In this document: in pieces, positions 1 through 10,340 of the stretch | How positions within the stretch are numbered: the first letter of the stretch is position 1 | Layout: every line of letters starts with the position of its first letter | DNA from: Lingula anatina | Taxonomy: Eukaryota; Animalia; Brachiopoda | Direction: 5' to 3' | DNA: 64,000 bases | Assembly: GCA_051362555.1 (NCBI GenBank) | Contig: CM120648.1 | Location: forward strand, 3,716,587-3,780,586 | Program-made: the position numbers and the translations under genes | Notes under the pieces: model-generated | The model's database searches: none | Told to the model about the DNA's origin: nothing | The model's input: the letters and a program-made list of their open reading frames with translations, nothing else

Positions 1-177
1 GAAATATAATATAAAATATGCTTAGTTGATCATGCATTGGAGTTAAGCTGTCTAAACCAAGCCAGAAATATTTAACCTTCTAATGCATTTAATACATTGT
101 GATCATCAAAATTAAACAGAAAAAAGAAGTTAAATAAAATGAAATACATGATTATTTGATTCCCATTCATTTTTTAG

Positions 178-368
178 GAAAAATTGATGTGGATGATTAC
201 AGCTCCACAGGAAGTGGCACCCTGACCTCTCCTTTGTACCCTAACAACCACTACGGCACCTACGACTACTGGTGGATAATAACTGCGCGCACGTCCTACC
301 TCATTACCATCACCTTCACGTCCATAGACATGAGGGACACACAGGGATGCGTACAGGACTTTGTGAAG
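178..368 (+). CDS. CUB-domain membrane protein, exon A (first half of CUB1); gene begins upstream of window
   Basis: tttttag acceptor, AAG|GT donor, phase 1-0; GTLTSPLYPNNHYGTYDYWWII...ITITFTSIDM..GCVQDFVK is a CUB N-half. Confidence 0.9.
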
Positions 369-824
369 GTTTGTGCTGAGTTTTAAACTGGTGCACCAAG
401 AATTAAGAAATATATATATAAAAATATATTTTTTATAAGTAGGTGGTCTTTTTACTGAATATATATTTATGGCATGATTATATTTATATTTATGAAATAT
501 GATTCTTAAAATTCAACTTCCGGAATATGTACTCTGAGGCTCAGGTTTGATGTATACAAGCTTTTAAAATAAGTATTTGGTCTTTTTATTGACTATGTAT
601 TTATTACTGTACAGTAGGTTTTTTTTTTAAATGAATGAACTCAGATCTGATTTATGCAAGATTAATTCTTTTCATCTATCCTCATCAGTATTTAAGGTAT
701 TTCTCTGTGGAAATGTAAAGATAAATAAATAAAGAAGCAAACAAACAAATAAATACAGGATGGAGAAGAGGGAAAAAGTAGAGGTAGTAGACCTAATACT
801 TAAGCTACAAGTATTTTATTTCAG

Positions 825-1050
825 GTATTTGATGGCAGGCCGGAAAAGGGGTTGCACACTGCCTCGGGTGTTGGCGCCACCTATGCTCTGATGGGCCGTT
901 TCTGCGGATACGCAACACCATCTATGCTGACAACCACGCAGAATTCCAGCATGATTGTGTTTCAGACGAATGAGAATTCTGCGTGCTGTTATTCTGGTTT
1001 CAGCCTTAGTTATGCAGTGGTGGCTGCCTCTGCTGTGACTCTGGCGCCTG
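825..1050 (+). CDS. CUB protein exon B (second half of CUB1)
   Basis: ttttatttcag acceptor, G|GTATGT donor, phase 0-1; VFDG...LMGRFCG...SMIVFQTN..GFSLSY. Confidence 0.9.
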
Positions 1051-1455
1051 GTATGTAGATTGAATAATAATGAAATATTTTGAAAAAAGTCTTCAGTTAT
1101 TATAAAAGAGTTAAATAATGCTAAATGAAATAAATTGTCACAAGAGCCAGATGAAATTAGTTAAGTTATCCATGAACATGGATTTGAATTTGGGTTGATT
1201 TAAGCTTGTTAAAATTGCACTAGCTTCTGTACAAACTACTGAGAATTAGCCTCTGTTATAAATGATTTTTTAAATCTTTGGATGTATCTTCTGGTAAATC
1301 TTGCATATTCTATCAAAATTTACTTAATTGCATAACTGCAAGATGAAATCTTTCTGCTTAAAATGATTATGTCTTTTATCGATTTCATTCATTTTTTTTT
1401 TAATTAAAATTTTCAAATAAAGAAATAGTTTGCAATATTACCATTATAATTCCAG

Positions 1456-1625
1456 GTTCCACTAGTGTGTCTAATGTAGGATGGGGTCGACTGACGTCCC
1501 CCAATTACCCACTAACCTACCCTCACAACAGAGACACTACCTGGGTGCTGAACGCCTACCCATCCTCCTACATCCGCTTCAAGTTTGCAGATCTCAACTT
1601 AGAGACAAGCTATGATTATGTGAAA
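1456..1625 (+). CDS. CUB protein exon C (first half of Cys-free CUB2)
   Basis: ttccag acceptor, AAA|GTAAGT donor, phase 1-0; GRLTSPNYPLTYPHNRDTTWVL...LNLETSYDYVK. Confidence 0.92.
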
Positions 1626-1962
1626 GTAAGTTTGTTAATACTGCTATAGACGAGAAGCAAATCTGGAAATGGTCTTTTTATAATAAGATTAAATAGTGAC
1701 CCCCCCCCAATCATTATGGACACTTCCACAACAGGCAGGGGTATGAGTATATGGTACATTGAAACGGTAGCTATGGTAGATCTACTGCCCCCTCTGTCCA
1801 AAACAAAGTAAAGATTTAGTCCACTGTGTTTAAATAATGGGAGAGGATATGTGTGTGTGTGTGTGTGAGGGAGAGAGAGAATGAGAGTGAGATTCAGGGC
1901 AAGAATAATTTGTTGACTATTTCAATATTAAAACATTTAAAATCTGATCCCTTCTATTCCAG

Positions 1963-2116
1963 GTTGATGGAGTCAGATATGACCAGCCCAGTGATGCCCC
2001 CTATGCTTTTATTGTTTATAAGCAAGTGGTAACCGTCATTTTCCATTCGGATGGCTCCATTTCTCGGGTAGGGTTTGATCTATACTGGAAGGGCACCGAT
2101 GTTACAACTTCATATG
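1963..2116 (+). CDS. CUB protein exon D (second half of CUB2); absent from ORF track
   Basis: ctattccag acceptor, G|GTAAGA donor, phase 0-1; VDGVRYDQPSDAPYAFIVYKQVVTVIFHSDGSISRVGFDLYWKG. Confidence 0.9.
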
Positions 2117-2248
2117 GTAAGAATGGCAGTAACAGTCAAACAGATAAATTTGAAGAATATAATTTTTCATAAGTGTTTTCCATTAAGTTATTAACTTTAA
2201 ATGTACTATTATACTAAAAAATTTGCAGTTGCAGAATTATACCCATGT

Positions 2249-2482
2249 ACTAGAAAAGCACTCCAAGGGGCAGACCTCTGCCAAGGCAGCAAATTTTTTA
2301 TTATTTTTGATTATTGATCCAGATCACCACCAAAAACTAATCATCTGTTCCTTGGCCCACTTCTTACAATTCCTGAATATTTCATTAAAATCGGTCCTTA
2401 ACTTTTTGAGCTATGTTGATGACAGACAAACAAACAAACAAACAAACAGGGGTGAAAACATACCTCCTTGGCGGAGGTAATA
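2249..2482 (-). mobile_element. Non-autonomous Helentron/HINE-like element
   Basis: ACTAG at one end, subterminal inverted repeats ACCTCTGCCAAGG / CCTTGGCGGAGGT, terminal hairpin ACCTCCTTGGCGGAGGT, internal (ACAA)n. Confidence 0.7.
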
Positions 2483-2637
2483 AACTTTATACAGTCCATG
2501 TCATGCAATCTAAAAAAAGTGGAGTATTAAAAAAAATGAAATTGGTAGACAATTATATGAATATATTTCAAGAAGATCAAACATATATGTTACAAAGAAT
2601 CACTAAGTGTTTATATTTTTTCTTTCAAATTAACTCT

Positions 2638-2825
2638 CAGCAATTTCAGAGGTGGGGGGAGCTTGAGGTATACTTCTGAAATTAGGGACATTTTGATCAT
2701 GATCGATATGTTTTAACTTTTATAAATGTAGGACTTTCATCAAATTCTGATTCACAGCAGACTTTATCACAGCCAAAAGTTAAGGTAGATCTTGCCCCCC
2801 CCCCCCCCTTTCCGCTTGGATATGC
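2638..2825 (-). mobile_element. Degenerate copy of the CAGG-ended element family (see 4898-5067)
   Basis: CAGCAATTTCAGAGGTGGGGG, TCTGAAATTAGGGACATTTT, ATCAAATT and AAGGTAGATCTTG-poly(C) occur in the same order as in the 34438 copy; ends eroded. Confidence 0.45.
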
Positions 2826-2861
2826 AATTATCATTACCTTCAAGGAGACAATAATTTTCAG

Positions 2862-3064
2862 GCGGTATAAACTACCAAAGCTGGACAGGGTCTTCCTCCC
2901 CATCCTCCGTCAATGGAATCATATATGGACGCAATACCTGGGAGTCTTATGGCAACTTTGACAGATGGTGGATTTTTAACGCGCCCCAGGATTATGTTGT
3001 TCAGATGACTGTCAGCGCTCTTGATATCACTAGTTCTACCAGCTGTGCCTCAGGTTCTCTTAAG
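2862..3064 (+). CDS. CUB protein exon E (first half of CUB3); absent from ORF track
   Basis: attttcag acceptor, AAG|GTGAGA donor, phase 1-0; YGNFDRWWIFNAPQDYVVQMTVSALDITSSTSCASGSLK. Confidence 0.85.
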
Positions 3065-3507
3065 GTGAGAATCGGACAGAAGTGGGATCAATTTTTAAAG
3101 ATTCGATATGATGTTTAAGACAGAAACATGGGTTCTACAATCAACACAGTAGTAGTTAACTTGGATGACAAGTTTGAGTGTGTCTTAACTTTTGATATCT
3201 GAGACAGACTCTCTCTCTTATTTCTCTCTCTCTCTCTCATTTATTTTTTGTCATGGTATAATAATATTACCATTACCAACACCTAATTTTTTCCATATTT
3301 GTGTAAATTTGGTTGTTTGATCAAATTGTAGACCTGTGAACATTTTCTTACTTAGGGCATTCAACCTTATGATGCTCTTGTGATAAGAGCAAATCATAGC
3401 CATGATTGTGATTTCATATTTTATTCTAAAGAAAGTGATTATCGTCATTAGTTAGAAATCCTTGGAACGACAAACAATCTAATAATCATAATGATCTTAT
3501 GTTTCAG

Positions 3508-3739
3508 ATATATGACGGCCTCCCAACAACAACGGGGTCATATGCCTTAATAGCGTCACTCTGCGGCACAAGTGCGCCCTCCACCCCTTACGTCTCCTCA
3601 ACCAATGGGTCCATGGTCCTGTTCAAATACAATACTCTGAGCAGTTCCTCTAGCAGATACTTCTCTTTGTCTTACTACCTTGTGTCAAGATGGAACTCAG
3701 TAGGTGTGACAGCCGGAAGTGGCGGAAGTGGCGGAACTG
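3508..3739 (+). CDS. CUB protein exon F (second half of CUB3 plus GSGGSGG linker)
   Basis: gtttcag acceptor, G|GTATGA donor, phase 0-1; IYDG...LIASLCG...SMVLFKYN..YFSLSY. Confidence 0.9.
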
Positions 3740-4171
3740 GTATGAATGAAGCTGCTGGAAGATTTCGGTGGTTCTTTTTCTTACTAGAAGAAGCAGACAC
3801 TTTGCCCTTTTAGTTATCTTTTTAGTTGACTCTTTGGGAAAATTGCATAAAGCCATTGGTAGATCAAATTCTTACTTTAACTGCATATTCCAATTTAAAA
3901 TTGTAATTCTTTCAAACTGGCAAACCATCCTGCCTTTGGCTATGCTGCAGCAGCATGTGCATGTATACACACACAAGAAAGCACAACTACATTTTGACTT
4001 TGCATAATTTGATATTTTCAATAACATGTCAACTGTTTTTGCATATAGTATTTATAAGTTTCTAAATATTCTAAATACAATATTATAATTAATGTCATAT
4101 CATTTCTTTTACTTGACATCTCTATTTCAGTTTATAATTGACAATCTGTTTTTATTATTTTTTTCTTCCAG

Positions 4172-4335
4172 GCACCACTACCTTCACTACCTTCGGCCGC
4201 ATCACTTCACCCTACTTTCCAGGTAACTACCCCCATAACACCAACAAGTACTGGGTGGTCAATGGCGCCCCCTTTCTGTACCTAAGGTTCAGACTCACGC
4301 AGCTGCATGTTGAGAGCGGACACGACTATGTTGAG
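4172..4335 (+). CDS. CUB protein exon G (first half of Cys-free CUB4)
   Basis: ttttcttccag acceptor, GAG|GTAAAC donor, phase 1-0; GRITSPYFPGNYPHNTNKYWVV...LHVESGHDYVE. Confidence 0.92.
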
Positions 4336-4543
4336 GTAAACATGCAGTAGGGCAAAATATTTTGGGCCAGCATTTTTAACCTTCTAATATATATTATTAC
4401 AATACATCAGCTTTGTCTTCAGAATTTTTATTAGAATTATAGTTGTTTATAGAAGCCCTTTACATTGTACATGTAGCTAAGGTACACACGGGACTCATTT
4501 TCAAGAACTTATTATTATAGTTATTATTTTTATTATTATTTAG

Positions 4544-4694
4544 GTTGACAATATCCGTCATAGCACATATAGCAGTTATTCATGGACAGTTTACAAGCAG
4601 ATAGCCAGTGTTTATTTCCACTCTGACAGCAGTGTCTCTGACATAGGATTTGAACTCTTCTGGAAGGGAACAAATGTCTTTTCAACAACTAAAG
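4544..4694 (+). CDS. CUB protein exon H (second half of CUB4); absent from ORF track
   Basis: atttag acceptor, G|GTAAAT donor, phase 0-1; VDNIRHSTYSSYSWTVYKQIASVYFHSDSSVSDIGFELFWKG, paralogous to exon D. Confidence 0.9.
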
Positions 4695-4897
4695 GTAAAT
4701 AAAGACATTCAACGGGTAGAAGTTGCCCATGCAGTGAAAGAATTGACCCTCTGTGGATTTTCCTAAATTAATTGGAAAATATCAAATTTTCACCCATAAA
4801 GTTTAAATTGACTTTCAATGTAGAAATGTTAGAACTTGTGTAGTGATGTTTCTAATAAGGCTAAACGTGTTTGTCAACCTGTGAGGTATAACATAAT

Positions 4898-5067
4898 CAG
4901 GCGTGTAGCCAGGGGGTGGTTCGTGTGGTTCGAAAGAACTGCCCCTTTTGCTGGGAAAAGGTCCACTCTGGGTAAAATTTGATCTAGGTACATGAAGTTT
5001 TTATGGAAAAAGGTTCACTTTTTCAGAGAAAGAACCCCCCCTTTTGAAATTGCTGGCTACTGGCCTG
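4898..5067 (+). mobile_element. CAGG-ended non-autonomous element with 15-bp flanking direct repeat
   Basis: TIR CAGGCGTGTAGCCAG / CTGGCTACTGGCCTG; flanks GAGGTATAACATAAT (4883-4897) and GAGGCATAACATTAT (5068-5082), 13/15 identical. Confidence 0.8.
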
Positions 5068-5250
5068 GAGGCATAACATTATACCATATATGCCTTGTAT
5101 GAAACCTCATGCCTCATTGGTTGAAAAACACATTTAGTACTAGTTTATTAGAAATGATTGACTTTTATCAACCTTCAATTTTTTTAGTTTTGAGATTTGC
5201 AATCCAGAAGTAACAATCTGTAGGTACCTTAACCTGGAATTAACTTTCAG

Positions 5251-5444
5251 GTGGAGTCAGCCATTCAACCAACCTGGTAGCGGACACCTCATACAACCTG
5301 CAGTCACAGGACTATGGAAGCAGCCATATTGGAACCTACGATTGGTGGTGGATCATTGAAGCAGATGAGGACAGCACCATCAAGTTTGAATTTGAGGCAA
5401 TGGATTTACCAATGCGTAATAGCTGTGCTCTGGACTACGTGAAG
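5251..5444 (+). CDS. CUB protein exon I (first half of CUB5); absent from ORF track
   Basis: actttcag acceptor, AAG|GTAAAA donor, phase 1-0; LQSQDYGSSHIGTYDWWWIIEADEDSTIKFEFEAMDLPMRNSCALDYVK. Confidence 0.88.
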
Positions 5445-5829
5445 GTAAAATTTTGATTCAATAAGAGGTGTTGGAACAGGAAGGTGTGAAATGTTCAGAT
5501 GTGAAGAGTGCATGTCTGTTTAATCCCCAAATCACAAAAGGGATAAAAAAGTGACACTTTGGCTCAGTGTTTCGAATTGGACATTCTTATATATTTTGGT
5601 AATGAAATTTTCAATTTTATAGTGACATCATGGTGCTACAGTTGTGCTATCAATTCTATCAGTATATCACAATCTTTTTTATCACCTGTCACCTTCCTAG
5701 TGCAGTATAGTCTAAAGTTAGAGAAAAAAATCTAAATTAAAAAAAAAAATAAAAAAATAAATAATAAATAATAATAATTTAATAATAAAAAAAAGAAAAA
5801 ATATGTATAATTTTGATTTCATCTTTAAG

Positions 5830-6007
5830 ATATATGATGGTATACCAACGGGAGACGGGTCATACTCACTGCTGCAGACGTCGTGTGGAAGCAGCACTCC
5901 GTCCTCGGTGACAACAACCCAAAATACATCTATGGTAATGTTCTACATAGATGAAAACACTGTCAGCGGATTCACTGGCTTTAAGCTGAAGTATACTGCC
6001 AAAGCAG
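5830..6007 (+). CDS. CUB protein exon J (second half of CUB5)
   Basis: tctttaag acceptor, G|GTAAGA donor, phase 0-1; IYDG...LLQTSCG...SMVMFYIDEN..GFKLKY. Confidence 0.88.
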
Positions 6008-6489
6008 GTAAGAATAATTTTAAGAATCATTTCATACATCTGACTAGGCAGGGCACATGTTATTGGTTGGTCATCTAAAAGCTGGTTATTTTGGTATTAA
6101 ATTTATCTTATTAAAATAAGATTAATTTAGCCTGATGTTCAAGGCATCATATTTTATCTGCAATTTTCAAACCAAATTGAATTTTTCCCAGAATAAAATA
6201 CAATTTTCTTGTATTTGCGAATCATTACTTGACTCATCTTGGAACTTTGATTTATAGTTTCATAACATGATTCTGGTCAAATAATTTATAAGTTCTAAAT
6301 GGCTGCTCAGTTGTTTATACTTCCTTGTGCATTTCAGACAGAAACATTGACATCAAGTACATTTATTTGAAAGGTTTTAGGTCTGGGTTGGGAAAGTTCA
6401 GTACATAGTTTTGCACGATATGATGACAGAATATTTGACTTTGGGGTAGTTTGTTTGTTCTTTCATTTGTTTATTTCTAATTGCTGCAG

Positions 6490-6519
6490 GTGCAGGTGGA
6501 AGTGGTGGTGTTGATAATG
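6490..6519 (+). CDS. CUB protein 30-nt juxtamembrane microexon (GAGGSGGVDN)
   Basis: ttctaattgctgcag acceptor, G|GTAAGA donor, phase 1-1, preserves frame between exon J and the TM exon. Confidence 0.65.
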
Positions 6520-6769
6520 GTAAGAGAAACTTAATATTATAATAGAATTATTCTCATTATTCTCAAGAAGAATAATTTTTCTCTTTTTTGTGCAGTGTAT
6601 TGATAAGATGGTTTTATGCATTAATATTGAGATGATTTAGAACTATATTAATGGAAATGACAATATATTTCTATGTACATACCAGTGTTTCTTTATTGGC
6701 ACTTTAAAGTCTATCTGTTCAACTTTAACTTCACATGTCACACTTCAAAAATGATCTTTTTCCTTCTAG

Positions 6770-7347
6770 GTTGGATTTATGGTGTTGTTGCGGTGGTTGT
6801 ATTACTGGTCATCGCTGGTGTGGTGGGCGGTGTCATCCACTACAGTCAATTGAAGAAAAAACGAGCAAGATCAAGGGAAGGCCTGACCAACGATTCCAAC
6901 ACTGACAGGCCTCATGAAAATGGAGTGACAAACCCCTCCTACACCAGTCCTCAAGCAACGGCGCCACAACCCATCCCCCAAACGATGCAGCCCCCTCTCC
7001 AGCCGATTTCCAATGGGTACATGTACACGCCTGGGCCGGAGTATCCGCCGCCATCTTCTTATGGGCACATGCCTGCACCTGGGCTGGGGTATCCGCCGCC
7101 ATCTTCTTACGGGCCACCGCCTTTTGCCAACAATGCCATGCCGCCTGTGAACTATCCCCCACCACCAGCATACTGCGAGGCAATGAGCCCTCAGCTGCCC
7201 ACAGATCAGTATCCGCCACCCCCACTGCCATCCACAGGGGCCACTTCAACTACTCCCTTTACTGTTCAGCCTACAGAAACACCCATGTTCCACAATGTAC
7301 CACCCACTTTTGCAGGGCACCTGCAATCTAAGCCTCCCTTGGCTTAA
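6770..7347 (+). CDS. CUB protein terminal exon: TM helix, basic stop-transfer segment, Pro/Tyr-rich cytoplasmic tail
   Basis: ttccttctag acceptor, phase 1; WIYGVVAVVVLLVIAGVVGGVIHY then KKKRAR; NPSY, PPAY; TAA at 7345-7347. Confidence 0.92.
7030..7115 (+). repeat. 48-nt coding tandem duplication (PGxxYPPPSSYG x2)
   Basis: CCTGGGCCGGAGTATCCGCCGCCATCTTCTTATGGGC vs CCTGGGCTGGGGTATCCGCCGCCATCTTCTTACGGGC. Confidence 0.85.
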
Positions 7348-8724
7348 ATGAAATGGGAATTAATTGTGAGCATGAGGCCATGATGTGGAGGGGAGGGTGG
7401 GGGAGGGGGGGTACTGGTGTATGTATTGTAGTTGTCAGGGATGCAGTGAAATGACTGTAAAAATATTTAATATTCTGTGATGACAGCAGACACATTAAGA
7501 AGACCACTTAACTTGTTTGTATTGTGTTATGTTCACTTGCCAAGATTTTACAGAAATGTTTCTTTCTACTTTCATTGGTATTCCAATGTTATTGCCTTAT
7601 CTGAACATTATAGTATTAGTAGTTAAAAGCCACGGAGAAATAGATTTAGCTAGAATTAGTTTTATGAAACTTTTTTAGATTTTTCTACCAAATGTGCCAT
7701 AAATCAGCTCAGACATAGAGATAGAATTCACCTTTGGTGATATGGATTTTACTTATTTTACTTATTAAAATAGAAAGTCAAGTAGCCTATAATTTTTTTA
7801 GACTGGAAACTAAGTCATTTCGAAGTAATGGCACAAGATTTCTAGAACTTAATTGTCTCTGAAACATTGTCTAGGGACTTTGTTTGTAATGACACTTTCA
7901 AAATTTTCTTCTTTGGTTCACATTTTTGTGCGGCATTGATACTTATTATTTGAAATGCATTGATACTTATTAATGAGGAAAATATATTTTGAAAAAAAAG
8001 GGGGTGAAAAATGATGAAAAACGGTGGACACATATTTTGCTCTGGTGCCTTGTGTGATGCGCCACCAGGTGCTGTCATCTAGTGTGAGGTTTTTAAACTA
8101 AAATGATTGAGAAAATCATGTCATGGTTCATGTTAAGTTGTATTATGTTATGTCTTGGCCTATTGTATGTAAAACTTGAAATATTCCAGAGAACAGATTT
8201 CTGTGATAGAGTGCTATGCTGTTTTTTTTATTATAATTATTCTTTTAGCTTATTTATTTTTATTGATTTATTTTTGCTGGCATTTTCTGCTATGCAGATT
8301 ATCCGCTTTATTAGCCAGATTATCTTACTAGATGTAGTGCAAAACTTGTAACTTGGATTCACTGTAGGGTACTGCGGTTATTATTTGAATATTTCAAAAG
8401 GCTATATTTTTTCTGATATTTTATTTTTCAGGATTAATTTTTTTCTAGACACTCACACCAGTTTCTTTTAAAGTCAGCTAATATTTCATAACTGCTGAAT
8501 GACATTTTCAAGTAAAATTAACAAAACTTTGTTTTTGGAGAATTTTTTTTATTTATGTTGTGTGAAATAACCATGTGCCTTACATGAAGCTTATTAATGC
8601 TGCTGAGTAATTTCTATATGAGATATATTTTATATGTTTTAGAATATGAAATATTTTAGATGTATATTTATATATTTTAAATTGCACACTGGTGGAGATT
8701 TGAAGGCCACTCTGTTTTCAATTC

Positions 8725-8757
<33 letters not shown>

Positions 8758-9020
8758 TGTGTGATAGGATGATAACATACACAAGAGCATGATGTATTAT
8801 CTTTGACATAAATGATAAAGTAACTATATATTTTAATTATACAATTAACAAAGAATATGATATTATATCCAGGAATTCAAGGTCTGATAAAACTCAATGT
8901 TGACTAGTAAATATATTGTTTTGAAGACCTCAGAAATTAATATCCCAGCGCTTTGGCATCGGTCAATTATCCCAGCTTTGGGTTGAATATACCTGCTAGG
9001 GAATAGCCCCCCCAAGTCTG

Positions 9021-9158
9021 CAGGCCCAGGGTGGAGTGGGGGGGGGGGGTTTGCCTGGAAAAATCGGCTTTGGGTAAAATTTGATCTTTGAACACAAAGG
9101 TCTCTTGGTAAAATGGCCACTTTTCTAGGAAAAGATCCCCCCCCCAACGTCAGACCTG
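9021..9158 (+). mobile_element. Eroded CAGG-ended element, same family as 4898-5067, 5-bp flanking repeat
   Basis: Shares GGGTAAAATTTGATCT core and CACTTTT..GAAAAGA-poly(C); ends CAGGCC..GACCTG; flanked by GTCTG (9016-9020, 9159-9163). Confidence 0.6.
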
Positions 9159-9375
9159 GTCTGAATTAATCAGTGTGTGTTGTTATTAAAATCATTGACC
9201 TGCTGGTGTCATAGGAATTTGTATCATATTAATAACATGTGTTTTGTCTTTTTATTATTTTTATACTTTATCGTATTATCCTTGAAATGACTTGCAGTAA
9301 GTATGGTACGTACTTATACTGGTGTGAACTGTGTATTTAAATTTCCTACAGTGTGCCTTGTTCCAGTGGTTGTAT

Positions 9376-9459
9376 AATAAAACTTATACATGCTGATATT
9401 TTATTCACACCATTTTCCTTAAAGTCACCAGTTACTTTAATGGATTGATTCTGAATAAA
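9376..9459 (+). terminator. Candidate poly(A) signals of the CUB gene
   Basis: AATAAA at 9376-9381 and 9454-9459 with downstream T/GT-rich tracts, ~2 kb after the stop. Confidence 0.5.
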
Positions 9460-9689
9460 TGTTTTGTCTTAAATTTCATGAATCTAGTTAGTTATCATTT
9501 TTTAAATTTGTTTATTTGTGGTAAACGTGCTTGTGGATTTGTATAGGTATAATGGAAAATATTTAAGCCAAAGGAATCAATATTTGAACAGACATTCTTT
9601 CATTTTCAAAAGTCTTCAACCATTTGAAGATATAAGAAAAAATAGATAAATTAATGACAAATAAAGTAAAAGATCAGTATACAGTTTTG

Positions 9690-9980
9690 AACTGCCCCCG
9701 CGATGGTTCTATTTATAGAAACGGGAGGGAAATCCTCTCCGCGAAGTAAGTTTCTGTTGCGACACCTAGCGGTCAACTGGGCCACCAACTAGCCGGTCAC
9801 GCTGTCGGTGCGGGTTGCGTTTTATCTCTCTGCTCCAGTCTGCGGCAAGCTGCATTGTCTTCAAACGAAATTCAGGACACACGTACTTCACCTCGAGGAC
9901 GCGTTTTGTTGCGGTTATTAACAGAGAGTATGGTGGAGACGATGGAGGCGTGAAGTTGATTTGCAACAAGTAACGTACAT
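9690..9980 (+). promoter_or_regulatory. CpG-rich candidate promoter / first exon of the kazrin gene
   Basis: About 22 CpG in ~280 bp in a CpG-poor window; CTATTTATAG at 9709-9718; donors GAA|GTAAGT (9746) and CAA|GTAACG (9970). Confidence 0.55.
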
Positions 9981-10340
9981 GTTTTATTTTAATGAAAGTA
10001 ACAGCTAGTCTTGTAAAATTGGGACAGGTGATTAGTGGTGGTGACATATAGTACTAGTACGCGTGTGTTTAGTAGGGGGGGGGGGGGGGAGGGGGGGATA
10101 GCCGTTTTAGGCCTAGGGTCGTGAGCCTTGGGTATTGGCAGTTAGTGCGTGTACCTCAGTTTAATTGTTATAATCTTCTTGGTAATTCTCTGAAGACGTG
10201 ACACGTTTTTTTTTATACATAGCAGTCCGAAATAATATTTAACGAAACCATCCCGAGTTGTAGAAGACACCGTGAAACTACCTCTCCTGACTCCTAGTAA
10301 ATTATTACCCTGCTTCTGCCGTGTCCAGTATCTGATATTA

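Noticed and set aside
6833-7249. 138-aa minus-strand ORF with a repeated KKMAADTPAQ (and the nested 65-aa ORF)
   Set aside because: Antisense shadow of the GC-rich proline-coding exon and its 48-nt repeat
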